Source: Lingula anatina
Lineage: Eukaryota > Animalia > Brachiopoda
NCBI GenBank assembly: GCA_051362555.1
Contig: CM120647.1
Coordinates: 12,934,651 to 12,998,650 of the forward strand
DNA length: 64,000 bases
Direction: 5' to 3'
Below are positions 55,453 to 64,000 of the stretch, in pieces. Both the position numbers and the translations under genes were made by a program. The notes under the pieces are model-generated. The model did not search any database and was not told the origin of the DNA. It was given only the letters and a program-made list of their open reading frames with translations. Each line of letters opens with the position of its first letter. The first letter of the stretch is position 1.

Positions 55453-56679
55453 TCAATCCCCCTGGTACACGATGTGTATAGCGGTGTCAGTTTGACTCGG
55501 TTCCTCGTCAATAATAACAGGTTCCGGTGGATGTTCAGCACTTTCCACCCCTAGCAACCACTGAATTATGCGTTCATCTTGTTCCCCTTCCTCTCCCGCG
55601 CTATCCCCTTGCGCGCTGTCGTCTGCCTTTGAGTTCGGATGTCTGCTTAAGACGTCCCTCATGTACAAGCGTTCCTGACTTAAACTGGATGATTTAGAAG
55701 AATTGGAATTGGTAGGGTTCGCCTTTCCGTTCGTTTTAACTTTCACGTGGTTGGTTTTCTTGTTGTCTGACTTTTTGGCACTTTGTGAGATTTTGAGCTT
55801 ACGATTTTTGTTCATATCACTTATGAAAGGTTCTGATTGGGTCCTAGACATCCCTTTCAGGTCCGATCTGGTGGTCCCTTTCAGGTCGGTTTGGGTGTAA
55901 TTTCTCCTCATTCCGGGGATAGGTGGCTTTGCGCCACCCCTCGGTAAACGTACTTTCATATTAATACCACTTTTAGAAATTTCATTCTGACTAGACAACA
56001 ACTGCTTCTCAAACAGCGTTTCAAGTTTTGGCGACGCAAGGCCGCCATTGTCATTTCCCGGACACCATGACTTTGTTCTTGCCAACCTCAGCTCCGTAGA
56101 GAGGGGTAACTGGCGATGTCCCGGGGACTTGGGGGTTGGGGGCAGGGCGCTCCTGGGACTGTCATACCCTGAGGACATTGAGCCGGGGCTCAGCTGAGGG
56201 TGCCGTACACCGTTTGTTGTCGATTCAGGCGACGTGTTACTGTCTACAAGCATGGGCGACTTAGACGTACGTAACTGCACATCGACTGGAGAGTTAAGAG
56301 AAATTCTTTCAGGTTTGTGTTTTCTTTTAATGACAGGGTAACTCACGGCGCCGCCATTGTTTCCATTGAAAAGCGGCACAGGTGACGTCCCGTCAGAAGA
56401 ACGTGGCGTCGACAGCGGCGTTCCGCCGTTGACGTACCCTGGAGTTGGGGACTTAGGGCCTCCCATGATCGGTGGGAGTTCGGGTGCACTCAAACGTCTG
56501 TCGCTGAGATCATGCTGAATATCAGTTTTAACTGGCGATCCACTGTGCGTTCGAAGTCTTGCTGATTGCTGCTCCCCCGATGACGCGCTCTGCCGGCTGC
56601 CGCTGAAGGAGGACGCTGAACGAGCCGTGTGAGGTGTACGCGTTTCTGTGCGTAATTTGTCCGTCTCAGAGTTTCGCAT
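55453..56679 (-). CDS. Intronless ORF, ~408 aa Ser/Pro-rich disordered protein with a distinctive C-terminal motif; function unknown
   Basis: 1.3 kb open frame, GC-richer than its flanks. First ATG at 56679 (MRNSETDKL); the track start at 56751 is GTG. Ends QDERIIQWLLGVESAEHPPEPVIIDEEPSQTDTAIHIVYQGD*. Confidence 0.82.
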   Translation of the reverse strand: MRNSETDKLRTETRTPHTARSASSFSGSRQSASSGEQQSARLRTHSGSPVKTDIQHDLSDRRLSAPELPPIMGGPKSPTPGYVNGGTPLSTPRSSDGTSPVPLFNGNNGGAVSYPVIKRKHKPERISLNSPVDVQLRTSKSPMLVDSNTSPESTTNGVRHPQLSPGSMSSGYDSPRSALPPTPKSPGHRQLPLSTELRLARTKSWCPGNDNGGLASPKLETLFEKQLLSSQNEISKSGINMKVRLPRGGAKPPIPGMRRNYTQTDLKGTTRSDLKGMSRTQSEPFISDMNKNRKLKISQSAKKSDNKKTNHVKVKTNGKANPTNSNSSKSSSLSQERLYMRDVLSRHPNSKADDSAQGDSAGEEGEQDERIIQWLLGVESAEHPPEPVIIDEEPSQTDTAIHIVYQGD

Positions 56680-57489
56680 CGTACCCCCTAGCAAGAATGT
56701 ATGTGCGTTTCTCTTCGATGATTTTGATTTTGATATTTTTTTTAAAATCACGACTTGTTAATCCTCGCTTCGTTCATTTTAGGTTTAAATAAAAATGTCT
56801 TTCTTTCCGTAAGATGTCAAGTATTAGCTGTGAACAGCACTGTATGTATATATTAAATCCAGGTTCCATTTTGTTGTTGCTATTAATTCCTGTCTCGGCG
56901 GTTTCAGAAATTTAATGAACAGGTGACATCATTCCCGGATAATTACATTTTGTTGAATGAATTCTTGCCTTTTTGGTTCCGCACACACAGTGGCGAGTGT
57001 GCTTTCGTACCGATGTAAATATCCTAAAGCAAAAGCTCCCGTTTTTGCAGAGAGGATGTCGAAAACGTCCCCAAGCAAAAATCGCTTCTGTTTCCAACTG
57101 ACAATGTCACCGGTGTTGTCTCAACTTTGCCAGTTAGTAAACTGTATCGCCGTTATCAATGAGCCGGCTATGAGTTTGTGTAACTAGCCTGGATTGACGA
57201 TAATAAGTCAGCTGTTTGCTCGGTCCTACCAGTAGCAATGAAGCGGACGGGCGAGAGAGCGTTCTTCCTCTCTTCGCTTCACAGGCTCTGAAAAAAATTC
57301 GAGATGGTGATTAAAAAACACCCAGATGCGTGTTATCTTGCATTAGAAATTCTCACGAGCTTTTGTAAAAGGTAAATATTTCTGATCGGATGTTTGAGTA
57401 TTACCATGCGTTCTATAACGCTTCCGGCTCTAAGCTAGTAGTTTCTATGCCGCCGTGTGTGTCGCGACTGGAAGAGAGATCGAAGAGAG

Positions 57490-57515
57490 GATGGCAACAC
57501 GGCGTGACGTCAGCG
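57490..57515. promoter_or_regulatory. Full CRE (TGACGTCA) beside an RFX-like half site, upstream of the intronless ORF
   Basis: tgacgtca at 57505-57512; atggcaac at 57491-57498; CpG-rich context. Confidence 0.35.
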
Positions 57516-59135
57516 CGTATGGGCAGACGATCGTTACTCTCTTGAAAACAACTCATGTAAGGGATTTCCTTTTGGAAGGAAGATAATTGTCACATCGTGA
57601 GAAAGGATGTCCGTAGACTCGAATTACACTTTGGTATAATATTCTCCCATTAAACTCAGCATTTGGAAAAGTGTCGTCTGTCTACCTTGACCTCGTGCAA
57701 GACGGGACCAAACGATATCGATTATTTCCCTCTTCACCTTCTGAAAGCTTTCCTTTCAATTTAAATGGGCCGTGTTATCGTTGACAAATACCTCTATAAA
57801 TATTTCACGACTTCAGTCATGAAAAGGCTAGTCTTAGATACGTGCTAAGTGGGCATTACGCCGGCTCAGAGCTGGGATTAAGAGTTGAAATTCAATAAAA
57901 AAGAGTCCGCTGATTGAAGGCCCGTTGAGGTTTTTTTTTTCAAGAGGTTCCTTGATTTTGAAATAAAACATGTTTGGTGGAAACCGGGTGATTGACCAAT
58001 GTTAACAATGATGTATTGTTATATTGGTGTGCCCATTATTTAAGCTTGACCTAAAATATTGTAAATCATTTCATCGCAAACGCTTCTGTATGCGAGTAGT
58101 TTTTGGCTTTATTTCTCAGTACCAAAACATCAAATATTCGATTAGTTTTTGCGTTCAAAAAGCTTCTCTGCAGTGCCCCTACTTCACAAATTTGATGGTT
58201 ACAAATAATTTTGTTAATTTCTCAATTTCCTTCGGAAAAAGATAAAAAATCATGTAAATTCCAAGCCAATAGTCGACACATTTCAAAATGTCAATTTTGT
58301 AATTTTGTTAGGCCTATATCACAACGTCACATAATTAAAAGATCAAATTTGGTCTTCAATTATTTACTTTTAGATTGTACCCTATCAATCGACTTTTTTA
58401 TGAAAAGAAAAACCAATATGAAAGATTATGACAACGTATTGGCGTTGCGCAATCATGTCTACGCAATGGCAGAGTTAAGATATTGACACCTGTATCAACA
58501 TAAATCATAAATGAAAAACGGAAACAGAAGCACTGAAAGCATATGTTCGGCCGATCTTGACAAAACTCGATCAGTTCTAACTCCAGATCTTAGATTTGAC
58601 TTGATTAAGATCCCCGTTTTGTTATAAACTGTCATACATGTAAGTCTCTCTCTGTTCTTCGTCCGCTCAATTCAATAATTACAGAGTGGGGGTTCAAACG
58701 TCCACATTCAGAAATCAGAGCTGAAATATTTTAGCTAAATCAAACTGAGCGCGACTTGGTCGTGAATTATGAACAGGCAATAATTCACTCCTCCATGTTT
58801 AAGTGAAATCCCACGCTGTTAACAAGTTGAAACATAAACAGAATGAAGTGAGAGTGAAAAATGTTGGGATTTTTATCACGTAGCGAATATAAGTTTTCCT
58901 TTGTGTTTGCTTTATGGAAAGATTCAGCACGTTTGGTGTCGTATTTCAATGTCAAAAAGAGGGCGTTTGGGATATTTTATTACAATTTTCTATGTAATAT
59001 CTAGCTTTTTAAGCAGCATAGTTTTCTTTCACAAAAAGCTATGCTTTTCCATCTTATGTTCAGTAGAACGATATCTGACTGCGGTTTTATTTAATACATT
59101 TAGATTGAAAGCCGAAATTGCTAGTCATATAAAAG

Positions 59136-59297
59136 CAGGGGCGGATGAGGCTGTCTTCTTCCGGAAGACAGTCAGAATTTTTCAAATTTACATTGAAAGT
59201 CATCTAATTTTTCTGTCGGAAGACGGTCAAAAATGGAGAATGGATTAACAAAGATAGTTGCGAAGACTGTCAGAAAGTATCTCTGGATCCGCCCCCG
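59136..59297. mobile_element. MITE with CAGGGGCGGAT-type TIRs and a 6-bp TSD
   Basis: taaaag|caggggcggat ... atccgcccccg|taaaag; internal gaagac.gtca repeats. Confidence 0.8.
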
Positions 59298-61833
59298 TAA
59301 AAGTACAAAATTCAGACCACGTAACAGAATTAATAATTGACCATAAGAAAGAGGAATTAGTCATATGTTTATCTCTGTTTGGGTAACACGTTTTACTACA
59401 AACATAAACAGAATACCAGAACTAACCACTACCCACGTGCGTAAGGACGAACAAAGGCCTAACTTCATTCTCAATCATTTCAGTGTATTTTCACAACCGC
59501 CTGCACAATTCTAAAGCCATTTTGTCTGAACTTTATGTAAAGTGCCACTTGGCAATATGACCCTTTGTGTTAAAACATTGTGGTTAAATAGGAATGACTC
59601 TACTTCTAACCTCTCTCTCTCTCTCTCTCTCTCTCGGTAAGAAAACTCATAAGTTCTTAAGTCATCCCATCACATCCCATCACACCTTATCTAACCCCTC
59701 CATGACACTCAAACATTTTTTTTTTCTAAATGACACACTTGAAGAGAAGAGAGGGAAGATAAGTCCGTCTACTTTGGAATTGACCTTTAATTTCGATCAT
59801 TATGACACCGGGACAACGCTTCTCTTTGGGGCGTATTTTAATGGCTTACCAATGTGGAATTAGAGGGAATATATCACTTTAACGTCAAAGCGTTCGTTGC
59901 GTAAGTATACTTAATCTACCGAACGGCTCGGTCGTGTTGATACTACGTCGATCGTGATAGAATGTTAAGCCTCATGTTTGGGTTTTATCCCCTTGGGGTT
60001 AGTGGGATGATTCGGCAAAATATCTTATTTATCGGTTGCGAGTGTGTTTAATGGAAATTATCTAGGTTTCAAGGGTGTGGTTTGCGGAAAGTAACGAAGA
60101 GAGAGAGAGAGAGAAGCATGATGGTGAAGATGATAATGATATTGATGATAATAAAGGAAAGCGAGCAAGGGAGAGAGCGAGAGAAGAACGCCATCTCATA
60201 ACAAAAAGGGCATTGCGTATGTTCAAGTTATCGTGATGTTTTTCGCCCTTCTTATGAAAAAATCTGTTGCGTTCGTTTAATAATGGTAATTTTTTCTTTC
60301 TCAAAAATAAAGATATAAGTTAAGAAAGAAAGCTATAAATAGTTGGCTGGACAAAGAAAACAGTCAACCACATCTACGCGTTCTGTGTATTTCGACACAT
60401 AATTATTCTTCATAACTCAGCGGAACTGATGTTGCAAGAACGTGTTTATTATAGATATAGAAGGCGGAACAAAAATAATACAATTATATAAAATACCTGA
60501 CAGACAGAAAGACGACACCAACTGTTTACGGGCATTTTGTCATATAATGACTTTAGAACTCATGCATGGCGGAACTGATAACTTTTGAAGACGACTCGCA
60601 TATATCTGTAAATCGGTGTCACGAGGAATTATTGCAATTTGGGGTGATTTTTGCACAAAGCTTGCTGTAATACAGGACGGGATGAAAATAATAAAATTTG
60701 ATAAATTAATTTAATTTGTTTTAATATTTTAAAAAATAGAATCCAATTAAAACCAATTTAAATAAAAGACACTTTAAATTTTAATAAAAGACACTAACAC
60801 GGGTATTTTTAAATGTAATAATTACTTAAAACCCCTGCACTCGATATCCTTAAAAAATAGGCCCGCTTATTGTTCAATGTCACGAGAGATTGTAGCAATT
60901 TGGGGTGATTTTCTCCACAGGGCTCACAATTATCGTGTGTTTTCTTTAGCAACCAACAAACACGACTTCAGTGTCAGTGTCGTAAATGAGTCAGGTGTTC
61001 AACATAAAACAGTAATGGATACAGTTATGATCGTAACTACAGCTACTGTGGAAATGCGGTAGAGTATGACATAATTGTATTTGATTCCCCAATTAGGAAT
61101 GAACCAACCGATAAGATAGACATCTGTGCTTTGTTTTCTTTTTTTTTTCTTTCTTTCTTTTTTTTAAGGGTTCAGACTGACGTCTGACTAAACATGAGGA
61201 CATTCAGTGTAATTCACTCAGCACCTGACAAGGTAGAATTTTTTTTTCATTCAAGCTGACCTCTGACTACAGTTAAGGTCGATATGCACCGCACGAACGC
61301 ATGATATCTGGTGATTGAACGAAGAACAGCACCACATTATAGACAGTGGTAGGTTTAGTACACCTTCTCCAAGCTGTGTCTGTAGTAGCGTTCTCCTGAG
61401 AACGGGGGAAGGAGACTCCCCCCTCCCCACCCCTTTACCCACCATCCCTCTCCCATCCACATCCCCAACTTTCTCCAAAACAAGAAAAAGAGAGAGAGAG
61501 AGAGAGCGAAAGAAAGAAAGAAAGAAAGAAAGAAAGAACAGATAAAAATATGAAAAAGATATCCCTTATTTGAGTACTACTGTATAAATGATTGCCGTGT
61601 TTTCATTAGCTAGGAGTCAAAACATCTATTTTATGTGAAGCACCCTGAGTTTCTGATGAGAGTATTCACCACGTCCATCGTCATCCACATGCCCCTTCAC
61701 TGAGTCAGCTCCCAGTAACCTGTGATACTCAGGTTTATGTGGAGAGACACGGTGTTTTCAGTCATAGAACCCTGAGATTCAAAGATTACTGGGAACTCAC
61801 CGCTTCTCCCTGAGTCAAGCTAACCACGACAAT

Positions 61834-61932
61834 CACAGAACGTTATTATAACATTACCATAACGTTTATATAACCAATAAAAACGTCATGGTAAAGTTAT
61901 GACAACGTTATAAAACGTTCTGTGTTTGCTGG
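61834..61932. mobile_element. Small palindromic MITE-like element
   Basis: cacagaacgtta.tataac ... gttataaaacgttctgtgtttgctgg. Confidence 0.6.
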
Positions 61933-62099
61933 AATTATAGATGTGACATTTTGGTTACCCCTGAGAGTCAAGGTGCTGGGAATGACAGAGGCGTGTTGAG
62001 GAGAGATTTTATTAATCTGTGAATCTCGGGGTGATTTTGTAAGGGTCGTCACACCAACAGGGAAGTTGAAACAGCTTCATGTCTGTCACTCATGTTTAA

Positions 62100-62131
<32 letters not shown>

Positions 62132-63069
62132 TTCTCTTGAGGGGTGGGGTGGGGTGAGGGAAGGGGGGGTATTCAGGAAACCGCAACTTATAAAGCATAT
62201 GATATTAAATCTATTAAAACTTCAAAGGGGGTTATTAGTATACAAAGCACGAATCTTGTTAACGTGTAACAGCTCGCCTTGAATATTTTCACTTTGTACT
62301 GTGCTCTAGCTCTCTTGTTTACTTTGAAATCTTATTTACGTTTATCATTCTACAAGCTGTATCCTTTGTCTTAATAATCCTATTTAACGGCTCACATTGA
62401 AATCCATGGCCAGACTTTGATTTGCTCGTTGCCATGCCAACGCCACCTTTGATAAACCCGTTAGCTCGCACAAATCCCATTTTGTAATCCGCTTTGCTGT
62501 GTACAAAACAAACGCTTGGTATTTACCTGGCCCGTTGCCACGGTAACCGCCGTCTAGATCGGTTTTGCCAGCACTCGGCTGCTGCATGAACACGGTATAG
62601 CATGTGCTGGGTCTCAGACTGCATAGAAAATAATAACAGAAAAAAAGCACTATTCTAAAGTGAAACTGTCCATTGTTGAAATATCATGTTATTTCCTGAA
62701 TAAATTACGCCTTTCTTCCCCAGTGTAGTCAAGCGTTGACTGAATTTTGAAAAAATATATGAAAGCATATCTGGTGCTATAATTAGATGATTTACAAAGT
62801 AACAGGAAGGTAGGACCCCAAGTCCTGCTTGTGAGAGGGCTGCTCCCTCCTCCCCATCAAAAAAGAGGGGGGGGGGGGTTTGCCATTTCCTGAATCCACC
62901 AATACTTATGTTACTATTGACCTCAAAGACCACAGGGACGTGCATAATCTCGCTGTTTGGGAGGATGTTTAGGACTAATCCGAAGTATTTTATCCTCAGG
63001 AATTTGAGCGTGCATGTACGTCTTTTTCGCACTGTACTATCTATTTCATAACGCTATTGTGCACTACTG

Positions 63070-63185
63070 CAGTTACGTTACACTACGTTACGAAATGTTA
63101 TGTTACGCTATGTTACGCTACATTTCGTTACGTTACGTTACATTACGTTACGTTATGTCATATTATGTTCTGTTATATTATGTAA
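63070..63185. repeat. Degenerate (TTACG/TTATG)n pentanucleotide microsatellite
   Basis: cgttacgttacgttacattacgttacgttatg. Other simple repeats: (TA)n 20367, 29288, 48311; (CT)n 29204, 50105, 50752; (ATT)n 29731, 32160; (CA)n 40467, 42590; (GT)n(GA)n 63386. Confidence 0.9.
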
Positions 63186-63382
63186 GTCATGATACGCTAT
63201 GTATTGCTAAACGTTCATTGATATTCTACACGTTGCTCTTTGTCGTCGCGTTATTGCACCTTTAATCATCTTGTTAAAAACACATCCTGGTAACCACGTG
63301 TTCTTCCTTGAATAATCTTATACATGTTTGCGTTGCATGTTTTATGGCTAAGTTCATTTACAGCAGTCAATAATGATTAACA

Positions 63383-63470
<88 letters not shown>

Positions 63471-64000
63471 TTTAAAAGCAAAGCAAAAAAGGATCCAAAA
63501 CAAGATAAACATTTTAACCAAATCCCTGTAACGTATACCCCCAAATGCTGTTTAATTCACACCATATTTCCCTCGCCCTGAACTAAACTTATTTCAACGA
63601 TTTCTAACCAGGTATGTTACAACAAATTACCAGTAAAGGCTGTTTTAACCTACCTGTCGCTCTGTCACTTCACACCGACCTCCTGATTAAGTTTCCCTAG
63701 CTGTTCCAGCGTCACAGTGCTTTAACCGGCACGGGAATGCCGTCAAGAAATGTCAACTGCCGCTGACGACCTCGTGTCGAAGGTTATCCTTCTCGTTCTA
63801 AAAGACGGCCTGATTCTCCCTAAGGAGTAATAAGGAAGAAGTCACAAAACTAGAACGCTGCGTCCCTGACCCTGTCTTTTTCTCCAGGCTTAGAATCGCA
63901 GAACGTTTAGCATAATTCAGTCGGGTAAAATAAATTTATCTTTCCTTCAGAAAATGTTTTCCCTCTCTCTGTTTTTGGCGTTACAAAAACGTGCCTTTCA

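Overview
AT-rich, intron-rich animal (invertebrate-type) genomic DNA; not prokaryotic. The main feature is a minus-strand tandem cluster (~4.0-26.0 kb) of an unusual receptor family. Each member is a type II membrane protein with an N-terminal tyrosine-motif tail (YVN, YxxM, SxYxxI/YxxL), one TM helix and a stalk of Notch-like EGF repeats. Each EGF is encoded by a phase-1 exon, in a repeating A-B-C-D order, and a group A SRCR domain sits at the C-terminus. There are two copies with heads (A at 23767 with three tail repeats; B at 8738 with one) and a headless D-A-B-C-SRCR block with a frameshifted SRCR. Copy A has one EGF exon split by an intron-containing Ginger1-like transposon (CCGG target) and a decayed exon beside a LINE. 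The window also holds a hierarchical GGTTATCT satellite, an intact 6-exon METTL24-like gene, a ~2.25 kb recent tandem duplication, an intronless ~408 aa disordered-protein ORF, and Tc1, L2/CR1, Tx1/L1, SINE and MITE remnants. All coordinates and splice models were read by eye and need RNA-seq or alignment confirmation.
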